Assembly: GCA_010909165.1 (NCBI GenBank)
Contig: MU008158.1
Coordinates: 3,373,478-3,437,477, forward strand
Direction: 5' to 3'
Origin: Anthoceros angustus
Lineage: Eukaryota; Plantae; Anthocerotophyta
Length of the DNA: 64,000 nucleotides
Positions 13,259-25,712 of the stretch are shown piece after piece (position 1 is the stretch's first letter; each line of letters opens with the position of its first letter). The notes beneath the pieces were generated by a model. The model ran no database searches. It had not been told where the DNA came from and saw only the letters and a list, made by a program, of their open reading frames with translations. The translations under genes were made by a program, and so were the position numbers.

Positions 13259-13978
13259 GACTGAGAAAGCAACGGGCCATTGGAGTCATTGGACTAAGGA
13301 CTGCTGAATGCATACACATTTCTGGAGTTGTGGCCGAGGTTCTGGTGAGGCAATCCCGACCAGGCGTGTGGGATTTCTCTAGCAGCAATTTCTCGACTGA
13401 CTTGTGCTGTCTAGGAACTGAGAATCTTTGGACCCTTATGCCATTCATGCCTGGCTTTGTGACTGGAAACTGCTGGTAGACGTTAACTTGCTGAGAGCAG
13501 ACAACCACAGAATTTATGCAGTCCACCAGCAAACCAGCACAGTCACATACATATCATTACACCAAGTCACCCAGACCACGAGTCTAAAAGCGACAATGAA
13601 ACACACAACTTCACACTTTCTCATGTGACAGCCGCCAGGGAACGTGCCTGCGCACCCGTATTGAGAAATGCTGCATATGTAGTTTATCCTTACATCTTCA
13701 ACAGGACCTACAATATCTGTTCTTACAGTAGTCGACATCCTTCGTTCAGCTTCTCAGCGTCTGCACACGTTGCGGTGTTGTGGAATTTGCTCTCCAAGTG
13801 AGTTCAAAAGCGAGTTCAAGAAACTTAAAATTGTATCACATCTGATAGTGTAATCGAAAGAGCGTGTTACGTGCTCGCGAGCAACAACACACCTCTCTTA
13901 CTCTTACCCTTCCCTAGTTACTACATACTATACATATGTAGGTACCATCACTGGTCCATGTTGCGTCATTACCTGCTC

Positions 13979-16900
13979 CTAAATAAAGTACATTTGTCGT
14001 TTCAGTTTCTCATTGATGAGAGGCAGTGCCCGTACGGGTCCCAGCGCCCCTCGAGCTCTTGTGTAGCGGCCTGGCTGGCTTCCAACATTGCTGTCTCCAT
14101 CAGGTCGTGAACTTCCTCCGTCGGATAAGGAGTCATTGTCGATCCAAACCCGAGCTCTGGCCGCAGCGAGGTGCGCATAGTAGCAGGCCGGTACTGCACA
14201 TACGTCTCAGATAGATTACTAGCCTCCCAGTAGCGTCGCGATTCACATTACAAAGTTGTGAGCGCATTTTGCACTCATGTCAAGTTAGGATAAGTACTTA
14301 CCAATGGACACGGCTCTTGGACAGCGAGCATAGCTGCCACAACCACAAAGAACGTGTGAGAACGTATGTCATAGTTCATGAATAGTAGAAATGTGTGCCT
14401 AATTATTAAGTCACTTACTTGTGGCAAAGATCGTTGGTCAGTTTCTGGATTTGATCAGCCGAAAACGAATTCTCGTCGTGGAGAACATGATAATGTGCTG
14501 GCCTGCTTGTCCCCTACACGCACGGATTGTGATGTGGATCACTATTTAGTAGCGAATAACTCTAAATACACAAAGAAATAATGAACAAAAACAATATTGC
14601 TACAACCTGAATCCCCAAATGGCTGCAAAGGAAGAAGTCAAACTGGGTGGGATGGCAGACTACAGAATCCACGACTGTTCCTGCACACACATTTACAGCT
14701 TCAAAAATAAGAAATGTTGAAATGATTAAAAAAAATCAACAGGCTAGCTAGCTGAGGAGACTAGCGAGACAGCCAAACCTGGCACAATGTTCCCAGTTTT
14801 TTGGGTTTTTCGGCGGTCCCCTGGAAACAGACGAGTATGGTGTTGTTTTTGAACGACAATGAAGGTTATCTTGGGAGTAATTTCAGTCTCCGATGCGCGC
14901 TGCTTCTTAAGAGCTGGCTCCTCTCGTACGGGTTGTCGAACCCAGCCAAGAGCCTGGCATGCCTGTCAGTGGTTCACGATGCAGAGGTTAGCAGACATGC
15001 ATTTCCATGAGGGCAAGCCCTTCTGAAGGTACCCGAATCCATAGAGTATAGCATACCGCTTTGACGGACTCCAGTTCTTGTCTCATGACAGCTTCAAATT
15101 GTCCATCGCTTACTCCGTCCCTGCCAGAAGGAAAGACTGAAGGTATAAGCGCTGCAAAAGCTGATCCAAAATTTCCAGCGCCAGACACGAAATGGATTGC
15201 ATGTCAAACCTGTAGAAGACTATTCTCTGTGGTCGTTTTCCCGTGTTCCTCTCAAATGATGCCAAGAGATCCCTGCCAACCCCCAAGAACCAAATCTCAT
15301 TATCAGCTTGTAGGCGTCTACATACGAGCAAATATATTAGAAGCACGCACTTTAAAGCTTTCCGGACTGTAGAAAGGACTCTGCGAAAGTGGTTGTGCAA
15401 CAAGAACTGCGTTCGGGACACAATCTTACACCATGATGCCGCCAGATTCCTTTTTCCCCTGGTCATTCACTCTTTCCCAAAACAGGTCGTCTAGAATTTC
15501 AGCTCGATGGGCTTGGCTTCGTGTCACAGTCTCATACCTGGAGAGATTCGGCCAGTCCATGCTGGCAACCACCTGCAGAACGAAGGAGGACAGGACGTGT
15601 CAATCTAGATATTACATCACAGGGATCTCGACCGTTGTATGAAGAAGACTGTGGAATGCGTACGTACCGCGGCGATGGACGGACTACGGTCGTCTCCAAC
15701 TCTGGGATGCGACACATCAGCACCTATGACTATCGACGGGACATCAGACACCAAGGGAAGTACTCTAGAATTCACGTCCACCAACAGAGCATTTTTTCCC
15801 CCTAACTGCTTGGACACATTCAGAAACAGGTGAAATCGGATTAGTAGATAGTAAATCGCCATGGTAGCTATTAGCATCAGCAATACAAAGTTCTGGAACA
15901 GAAAATCTGAATAGCCAGCTTGTTATTAAGGCACGTCATTTACCTTCATGTTGATCTTAAGGATGACGTTCTGGACGTATGCTGGAAGACATTTTTTCAG
16001 AGCATCTCCAGATTTCAAACACTGCGTCATGAGTCCGAGCTCCACATCACAAAGCTTCTTGAGCGCTCCTGAACGGAGTAACAGCACTTTTTGAACAGCG
16101 TTGAAAGATTTCGCCTTACCATGACAAGAAAGTACTTTGGCCGTTCTTGAAAATCATGAGCTAGTCCACTGGAACTTACCGTACATTGCCTTGTTCTCCA
16201 TGGTCGTTGGCATGATGCAAATCAACAGCTCCAAGTCTTTACCAGTTTTGTCTTTTGCCTCCTTGCAGATGTGGTGGATGGTTCTTTCAACGGTCCCCCT
16301 CCGGTCCGCTATCCATGGGCAAGCCATCCTTGGATTGATATCCTGCACGCAACGACGATCAGTTGAGGAGGTAACTAGGTACCGTGAGTATGAAGCTAAA
16401 CACCCAATTGACATACAATCAGCATCGAAGAGCACCCTGTTCGGAACATACCAAGCCGTAAGCGACACAGTTTCTCACAAATGTCGAAATAAAATGCTCT
16501 ATTGCATTGTCACTTAGCTGTGAGGCGAAACTGATTAACGTCCACTGTTTGATGACGGAACTCCTGAACATCGTCTTCACAACAGTAGCCGTTACACATG
16601 TGTCAGAAACCTGGTTTCGCTTAGTACCCTCTATATCGGTCAAGTTGTCAAGATTACAAGAAGCTCAGGTAAATTGTCAGATGGATGAACTGTACCTTCC
16701 CATTCATTTTCCACCACCCCTCTTCAGGAAGAACTTCTTGCCGTTGTCCGTAAAGGATCTGGAACATCCATACAGAGAAGTTCAGAAGTAGGGAACTTTC
16801 ATAAAGATTAGAATCCTAGAGCTAAAGGACCTATCTGACCGGACCTTGGGTGCAGGTAGTATTCGTCCTTTGATTTCGGCCATCTGACTACTGACAGTAA

Positions 16901-19013
16901 TACCAAACTCTTCGGTATAAAGGGCGCTGGCTCGTTGGCTGCTCTTGGCAATCTGCATTTTAGGTGGGGCAAGTTACAAAATGACAGGGAGATACATGGT
17001 CTGTGAAATACTCCGAACTTACTTCGTTTGTCTCTGCCATTCTATCTGCCGGTTTTGAGCACGTCATCCTCAGCAGGGCATCAACCTGCCCTTCGTTGAG
17101 TTTCTTTGTGTGTCGCTGACCACGCACAATTCTGCACAGCTGTTTAAAGGCCGTCGACTTAGAATTTGAATCGATTTTGCAAGATGGGATAAGTATGCTC
17201 ACCTCCATGGGTATGTACGTTGATTTCTCCTTTGTACCGACTTCAAGAGCCGGCAGCCCAGCAAGGATGATGTTGTGATTGTGGCGCTCTCTAAAATACT
17301 GAACGATACTCATTCTTGTTCCATTGTGATCAAACCTACATTTTTGACCGAAGACCAAACGCAATGTCATCCAAATGGATATTGTATTCCATAAACCCGG
17401 TACGTCGTATGCGTATACAAAACAGATTATGTACTGCGCAATGCAAGTTGAGGGAGTGAGCCTTACGACACTTCGGAGAGGGGGACGTCGGTGATGTTCT
17501 GGATTCGATATTTGCGTTTGGTTCCGTAGGTGAGCTCAACTCGGACTCCTTTGAGGAGCTTCCTGATCTGGATGCACGTCAAATGCACAACATCAAGCGT
17601 GTAGCGTTAACTCTTTAGCTGGGACGAAAAAAGTCAGTTTCTGAATTGGACTCCTACCTTCACCCGTGATGCGTCGCCACGAGCATCAGGCCTTTGTAGC
17701 TCCTTGTTTATCTCATTGACATCAACTCGCAAAGCTTTTGAGATGTAGTCAGGCAAGAGATCTCGCTCCAGGAATGCGTTTGCGGAAATGTCTGTCATCC
17801 ACAGCGAAAACCAGGCTTAGGGTACATCGAAGCCACAATCATGCATTCCGATGATCTCATACATGACAAGGTAACTCTCTGTACTATGCACAGGCACCTA
17901 ACAGAACTCTGAGAAACTGCCACCAAGATTGGTCATAGATAGTCGAGCAGGTAGGATGCATGGACTCTCGTACCTATGTTCAGGATGAGCTTGCCATTTT
18001 GTGCAGGCCGAACCGACTGGTAAAAGCCTTTCCAAGCCTCAACCCCGTTGCCGAGAGATTTGTTCCCAAAGGCTTCATCAAAGAACGACCTCCCGCCTGG
18101 CAAGAATCTGCACATCGAAGCCAATTGGCCGATTACAATCAAAGAAAGCTAACAAGAAAGGGAAGTGTGCAGAAGGTTCATGACCAGAGTAAATGAGCAA
18201 ATTCCAACTTACATCTTTGTTGCTGACTCACGTAGCACAATGTCGAGGGCTTGCAAGGCCTTCTGAGGAAGAGTGGGAACGGTGCCCTCGAGAAAGGCTC
18301 GCAATTGACCCAGATCGATCCTAGAAGCTTCCCTGAAAATCACGTGAAAGGAGCGATTTCTCCTGCAACAATGCAAGCAACAGAGGAAATCGAAGAACGT
18401 ATAGTGAACCCGGGCCCGACAAGCTCAACAGTGGAAAAAAACAACTCAACACCCGACACTTACCGGGTTCTGACGACCTGTCCGTCACCGTTGGTGTCGT
18501 CCGGCAACGTGACGTCGAGCTCAACTTGCTCACTGGACAGAGGCCTAGCAGTATACAAACTCTTTTGTCCATCATAGGCTGGTAGGGCTCCACCCAGCTT
18601 CTCCATGCGGTACTCAGCCACCAGCGCAGTCATTACAGCTCGATTGAGCCCCCTTGGTACATCCGGGGTGATAGTAACCTGGAAGAATCGTAGCATCCAA
18701 TCTTGTTAGACTAACTGCCTAGAAACCAAGAAGATCTCAAGCCTCACTGAATCATCCAACGCATCTGGATCAAATACTTTACATCGTAATGGTAGAGGAG
18801 CGCAGGACTGAACTCGATGAGGTAATGGTTCGCCAAAATTCTCACGGGATCTCCCAGTGACCCGTAATTCGGTCTCCTCGCCAAAGTTGATTTCGGGGCC
18901 GCGGCGGATCTCGGAATCGGGCTGGCAGCAGTAGCGGAAGCACCACGCGTGGTCTCTGGAGCCAACCGCTTCTTGGAGGCGGCCGGCGCCGGGGAGGCCA
19001 CAGTGGCAAGCAT
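13979..19013 (-). CDS. AGO: Argonaute protein (paralogue B), multi-exon; start codon tentative
   Basis: Exons encode [97 protein letters not shown] and YYAHLAA, ending KRQMYFI* (stop at 13979-13981). Confidence 0.95.
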
Positions 19014-20339
19014 CCTTCCGCTGAGACCACCGACGTAGCCGACACTGGAGAACCCGCCGCACGTCTAGACTGGATCTTGCAGCGGCCTAACAAGACTACA
19101 AACTGTGGAGCATCACCAGAATGCAGAGCCGGCTAACAGCAGGCTCGAGCGGAACCAGGAGCAGAAGCGAGAAAGAGCAGGGGAAGATTTCCGCTGAGGA
19201 GAACGCAGCAGAGGTCGGAGAGGAGAGCGCATCAGAGCTGGAGAGGAGAGGAGAGCGCTGCACAAAATGAGGGAAGCATTGGCCAAATTGGTTAGCAGCA
19301 TGGCGGGCGCGGGCAAGGCCGGCAGTCTCAGTCGTGAACTACACCCTCGCTTTCTATGACATGATAGTGCATGGCGGCGCGAGTGCACGACGGGATCGTC
19401 CCTAGGCGTATCAGAACCGGTGTCCGTTTGTACTGGCTGCATCACGTATCACGTACATAACGTTGGAATGATCTAGAGTGGTAGAGGGGATAGGAGAGAA
19501 TGTTCGTTCACTACAGCCTAGAGTGTTTTTTAGTGAAAATAGAGCAAGATATATATATTAGAGAATAAAAACCGGACAGAACTGGGAACAACAAAGGCCT
19601 CAAGGGATCAGCCTCAAGGGCAAGAATCACAAAGCCTCCCAGAGTTCCTCAAAACTTAGGAGATAAAAGGGCAATCACATAATACAGGAGTTGAAGAATG
19701 TTGATAATTCTAGCCATTCAAGTATAGCAGAGAGTGTTACTTTAATACGATTTAGCAACCCAAATCACAAATTATTCTTGACAATCCTAATTAAATATTA
19801 TTACTATTCTCTAAATTTGATATCTAATTGTATACTAAAAAATAAATAAAATATTATTATAAAAATAATCTTTCTACAGTCATATTATTTTATTTTATCG
19901 TTCAATATTTATAAATTATCTATCTATCTTTATATCAATTTTTAATACCATTCGTTTATTTGCAATATTTTACACCATATCTATGGCATACCAAAGAGGA
20001 CAGAGGGGACGGGGCATTTTTTTCACGCGCAAAACTTTTGTTCACACCACACGTCTTTTCGGTGTTCGGTTTGGTAACCCGACCGAAATGGGGTAGCCCA
20101 AACCGGATGCACCAAAGCGGCCACTTCGCGCTCACCGGTACACAAAAAAGGGAACTTATTTTTTTTCACCCCAGTCACTGTGGTTTTTTCTCGCGTGCTA
20201 AGAAAGAACTTTTTTTTCTACGCGCGCTGTCTTCTACTTTAGGGTTTTGCGAGGTGGTTTGGGCTTAGGCAACCCACCTGCCCGTTTTTAGGGTTCATCT
20301 CTTACGAGGGTGGAGCAGGTTTAGGAACGGCGGCTTTGC

Positions 20340-20935
20340 GGTTGTGGTGGGGCGGGGCGAGGCGAGGCGGCGGGCGGCGGGCTGGTGCGAGCCTGACGCG
20401 GGAAGGAGGGGCGAGGTCCACATGCGGGCGGGGCGTGGGGCGGGCGCGGCGGGCGGGCGGCGGCGATCGCGCGGCGCGTCCACCAGCGCGTTCTTCCAGG
20501 CGGCGGGCTGCGGTCGGGGCGGTGGGCGGGCGGCGGCGAGGCGGCGGCGCGCCCGGCCGTCGGCGGAAGGTGGGCGGGGCAGGGGCGGCGAGGCGGGGCG
20601 TGTTGGGCCGGGCGTGGAACGCAGCAGGCGGGCGGGCGGCGGCGAGGCACGGAGGCGGGCGGGCTGCGGTCGGGGCGAGGCGAGGCAGGCGGGCGGGCTG
20701 GTGCGAGCTGCGGTCGGGGCGGTCAGGCGGGCGGTCAGGCGGGGCAGGCGGGCGGGCGGGCCGTGGGGCGGGCGGCGGCGAGGCACGGGCCGTGGGGCGG
20801 GGCGAGGCGAGGTCCACATGCGGGCGGGGCGAGGCGGCGGGCGGGTGGAGGCGGCCGGCGGGCCGGCGGGGCGTGGGGCGGGCAGGCGGGCCGCGGGCAG
20901 GCGGGCGGGGCGAGGCGAGGCGGCGGGCCGCCTAG
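20340..20935 (+). repeat. Extremely G/C-rich low-complexity repeat tract
   Basis: GGCGGG/GGCGAGGC units plus longer duplicated blocks (GGCGAGGTCCACATGCGGGCGGGGCG at ~20410 and ~20806). Confidence 0.9.
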
Positions 20936-22229
20936 GAGGCACCACGGTATGAGTCCTCCCATCCTCGCACCAAGCACCTACTAACCTTGTCCCCATTTCT
21001 TGCTGCCCATGCTGATGCCAAATTGTTTGATGCTCCTTCTCTTCCAAATGTCCGACTTCCACACGGCCGTGCATGCATGTGCGAGCATCTGCGGTTGTGG
21101 TGGGGATGGCAGTGCCACCTCTCCTCCTCACATGCCGCGGGCCCACCCGCCATAGCATGTTCGGCGGTGGAGGAGGGTTGCACGCTCTCCTCCGACCTCA
21201 CCCGATCCTAATATGTGGAGTGAGTTGTTTTACAGGTCTTATGACCCGAAGAAGCCAATGCATCCTCTGTCGTACGAGGAGCTTGATGCTGCTGTTGCAG
21301 CATGCGGAGGACCACAACGACCTCATCTGCCACATAGAGAACTACCCCTTGGACTTTGAAGTTCTTTTCGAGCTGAGGGAACGTGGTCGAAGGTATTTGG
21401 GTGGACTGGACTTCATCTTTGCGAGAGTGCCTTCCGGAGGCGGGGCGCACTATTTCATGCATTCTCATTTTGATGGGTGGCCATTGGGTCCTAACGATCA
21501 ACTGCGAGGCCTCGCGGTCCAAGCACCCGAGTCACCGGAGGACTACAAGGCATGGATGGCCAAGTTTCACTCGACGGCTTGACGGTACCGGTGGCCTCGG
21601 CAGTGTCGCCCCCTCCGGATTTCATCTCAACGTCTTCCACGAATTGGACTCACGCCAACCATGTCTTGTGGGAGGAGATGAGCGACCTCTACATCATCGA
21701 GGCCTGACCATGGGGGTTAGGGGCTGGTCATGTGCTTTAGGCACCGTGGAGCGGGGTTTTGTTAGGACTTGATTTAGGAGGCCCTCACGGTTTACATTTG
21801 TAGGTTTCTTGATCCCTTTACGGTGGTGACTTGACCAAATTTTGACGCTTCCCTCCTTGGATATTCCCACCACTGGGCCAGATATCTGTGCCCCCATTTT
21901 TCAACTTGGCCATCGGTTCATGCTTGCCGCCACGTATCGTGTTCCCCCGTGCCTAAATTGATGGACCGCTTTTCCATTTTCCCTAGGCCTTCTCAGCCCC
22001 TACCCCCCGGCTTTTGCCCCAGCTTTCCATGTGCGTCACACTAGCTTATTAAGTGAGAACCCATACAGGCTGGCTTCTTTCAGTGTCTTTTGGCATCGCG
22101 GACCTCGCTCTTGAAAGGTTTGTTGATTTCATAGCTGCTGCAACCACTTCAAAGGGAATGCGGTTCCACACGAAGGTGCTTCCGACACGCGTCTCCACAA
22201 TTTCCATCCGCCATTCACGGGAGGTCAGG

Positions 22230-25200
22230 ACAGCAACTCGAGCTCTTCATCCTCTCGAGACTGTCCATTCGGACATTTGTGGCCCCATGTCAACTCGATG
22301 CTTTGGAGGACACCTGTATTTCCTAACCTTTTTGGATGAGTGGACCAAATATTGTCACATCTATTTTCTTAGGCATAAGAGTGAAGCTCTGGAGCAATTT
22401 ATCGACTTCGTTCCCATGGCTGAGCGGCAGATTGGCTCCCTGGTTCGCAAATTGCGTACTGACAACGCAAGAGAGTACACCAGCTTATCCTTCCGCGAGT
22501 TCTGCACCTCCAAAGGAATCCTGCGCCAGCTTACAGTGCCACACACACCAGCGCAAAATTCTTTTGCTGAGCGTTACAATCGCACCATTTTGGAGATTGC
22601 CCGCTGCCTTCTTAAGCTTTCTAGTCACTCTCGAGGATATTGGGCAGAGACTATCTCTACGGCCTGCTATATTGAAAATCGACTACCTGCTAAAGATCTT
22701 CATCAAACTATTCCTTATGCTCGCTGGCATGGTTCCCTTCCCCGCATATCACACCTAAGGATCTTTGGGAGCACAGCTTACGCTCATATTCCGAACTCTC
22801 TGAGAAGCAAATGGGACGACAAGGCAAGGAAGCTCATTTTCATCGGCTATTCCGACGAGGTCAAGGGCTACAAGTTAGTTGATCCTTCCAATCACCAAAT
22901 CCTTTTCCTGCAGTGTGCATTTTCATGAACAGGGCCTCTTCCTTTCCACACCATCTCTTGACCATCAGGCAGCCGATCCCTGTGACAGCTTCTACGTCCC
23001 TCTTGACCTTGAGGGGGACCCTACTGCACCTCAACCTCCTCAACCTCTTGTACCACGTCAACCCGTCGCACTACCCGTTGTTCCACCTCAGCCACCAGTT
23101 GACCACTTGCAAGCTCAAGAGGAACATGTGCCTGATTCCCCACTTCCTTTATTACCCATCGAGAACACAATACCAATAGCTCCTGACCCAGAGCCCCCAG
23201 TTGCTGTCATCCCTGAACGCCGCCTCTCCACCAGACAAAGACGCCCTCCTGCATGGCTGGATGCCTATGACCTATCCAACTCTTCTTCCTTAGCAATTGC
23301 AGCCCCACATGCCACTGAGGGATACCACATCATCATCAAACTTAGCGGCCACATACCTTTCCTTAGCTGCCCAGCAACTAGCCATAGAATTACCGAACAC
23401 TCCACGATCATATCAAGAGGCAATTAACTCACCCCAATCAACTGAGTGGTGCAAGGCCATAGATTCAGAATACCAATCCTTGATAGACAACCACACATGG
23501 GAACTCGTGGACCTACCGCCAGGCAGGAAGCCAATAACATGCAAGTGGACTTTTAAGCTCAAGCTCAAACCAGACGGCTCCATTACCCGCTACAAGGCCC
23601 ATCTCATAGCCCGAGGCTTTACCCAAATGCCAAGTCTGAGGATGGCCTTCCTCAATGACATCCTGCATGAGCTCATTTTCATGGAGCAACCTGAAGGTAT
23701 GTCATCGACGTGCACAAGGTATGTAGGCTACTTAGAGCACTCTACGGATTAAAGCAATCGGCCAAAGCATGGTATGAGGTCATAGATACTTTCCTTATAG
23801 CATGCGGCTTCAAGCGTTTTCAAGTGGATTAGAATGTTTATCATCTTCGAGAGGGAAATAAGCCTCGTCATCGTCGCACTGTATGTGGACGACAATTTCA
23901 TATTTGGGAGTGATGATGGTAATATTCAAAAGGTCAAGGATTTACTCTCAAATAAATTTGATATGGTTGATGTTGGCCCCCTTCATTTCGCGCTCGGCAT
24001 CCAATTCATATTATCCCCATCTGATTACTCTATCCGTATTTATCAAGAGCATTATATGGACCAGCTCCTTAAGCACTTCAACCTCTCTGAAGCCCGTCCA
24101 TCTACCACACCAGTAGCCGCTGGAGATAAGGTGTCCCTACAAGACAGCCCTACTTCTCCTAAGGAGATTTTCGAAATGTATTCCATACCTTATGGCGAAG
24201 CTGTTGGATGTCTACTTTTCCTTTCTATATGGACGCGCCCGAACATCGCACATGCTGTGAATGTCGCCTCTAGGTACATTTCCAACCCAGGAAGACAATA
24301 TTGGACTTTCGTCAAACGTATTTTTAGGTATCTGAAGGGCACTAAGAACAGAGGCTTAGTATATTATGCTAACAATGCTAATGAGGGCAAGCTGCATCTC
24401 ACATGCCACTCCGACGCCGATTGGCCTGGGGACCCAGACTCCCGTAAGTCGATAGCGGCATATTGCATGAGACTCAATGGAACTGCCATATCTTGGGCAT
24501 CTAAGAAGCTGCCTACGCTTTATTTATCATCCACGGAAGCCGAGTATGCAGCCACTTCCCTAGCCGCCAAGGAAATCATTTGGATACGACAATTTTTATC
24601 TAGTTTGGGCGAAGCACAAGCAAGGCCCACTCCCCTCCTTTGCGACAATCAATCGGCTATTGCTATGACTCTTAATCCGGTCTTTCACGCTCGTACTAAA
24701 TATATCAACATTCAACATCATTTTATCTGCAAGGTAGTAGCTAGCAAGCAGATCAAATTGGAGTATATGCACACCTCCGAGAACATAGCCGACTTGTTTA
24801 CCAAAGGGCTCCCCAGAGTCTTACATGAGCAACACACCCTCGCTCTCGGACTACATGGTAATATATGATCTACATCCAGGGGCATTCTCTTCATCAACAC
24901 ATCATCGATACATCTCGAAGTGTACCCCTACTCAGAGCTGAGGGGCAGTATTGGAATATGTCCCCTAGGTCATAGCTTAGGCTAATAAGTAGACTATTCA
25001 ATTAATTCATCACTAGTGTGCTAGCAGTTACAGACATGATCCCAACCGCAGAACACGAGACCCTCACTTCACTCGATTCACGCGCTTAATGAAACTATCT
25101 TTTGTGCTTCTGGCTCCTGCTACAATATCAGGTAGTAATTGGCCAGGCCCAAAATTTCTCGGAGGCTGCTCAGGTTGGTAGGCACCTTCACTCGCATAAT

Positions 25201-25391
25201 GGCCTCCACCTTGGCACGTTGAGCCATGATTCCTCTCACAATGAGACATCAGCGTTTGTTCATCTTAACAATCTTTGGGCTTCGTGCCTGTTGGAGACGA
25301 AGAGATGTCTGTTCGGAATAAGGTGCATTCTCCCAACAGTCATGTTGTCTAACCTTTAGCCTAACTGGAGATGTGTGTAGGGATTCCAATA
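22230..25391 (+). mobile_element. 5'-truncated, decayed Ty1/Copia LTR retrotransposon (integrase, RT, RNase H, PPT, 3' LTR)
   Basis: Integrase VHSDICGP..LRTDNAREY..TPAQNSFAERYNRT; RT WELVDLPPGRKPITCKW..LYVDD; RNase H DADWPGD..SSTEAEY..CDNQSAI..ADLFTK; frameshifts and stops; PPT GAGGGGCAG at ~24940; LTR 24949-25391. Confidence 0.92.
24949..25391 (+). repeat. Copia 3' LTR with TATTGGAAT...ATTCCAATA termini
   Basis: Starts immediately after the PPT and has 9-bp perfect inverted ends. Confidence 0.75.
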
Positions 25392-25712
25392 GTTGGGCCC
25401 GCTGCATCCTATTGTGGTGGGTTGGACTGCCTGAGTCCGTGGCAGCCTGCAGTGTCACGGACTGGGGTGGGACTGGTTTGGATCGCCGCCCCGCGGCTCC
25501 AGCAAGTGGCAACTGGGGGTGAAATGGTTGGGGTCTGGTAAAGCCAGCTGCTGGTCACAGTGCCTGCCCTGCCGCGGCCATTCTTTTCCATCACTGCCCT
25601 GCTCTGCTCTGCTCTGGTTTGCTGGGCACTAGGGTTGGGTTTTGGTTTGGGTGGGCATCCAGATCTGCCATCTCGGGGCGGGACAGCCCTGCTGCACTGC
25701 AGCAACGCAGGC

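Noticed and set aside
19461-19783. Possible solo LTR or CACTA end
   Set aside because: No matching TSD or partner terminus was found.
20295-21158. Long Pro/Arg/Gly-rich ORFs on both strands
   Set aside because: Artefact of a stop-poor GC-rich repeat.
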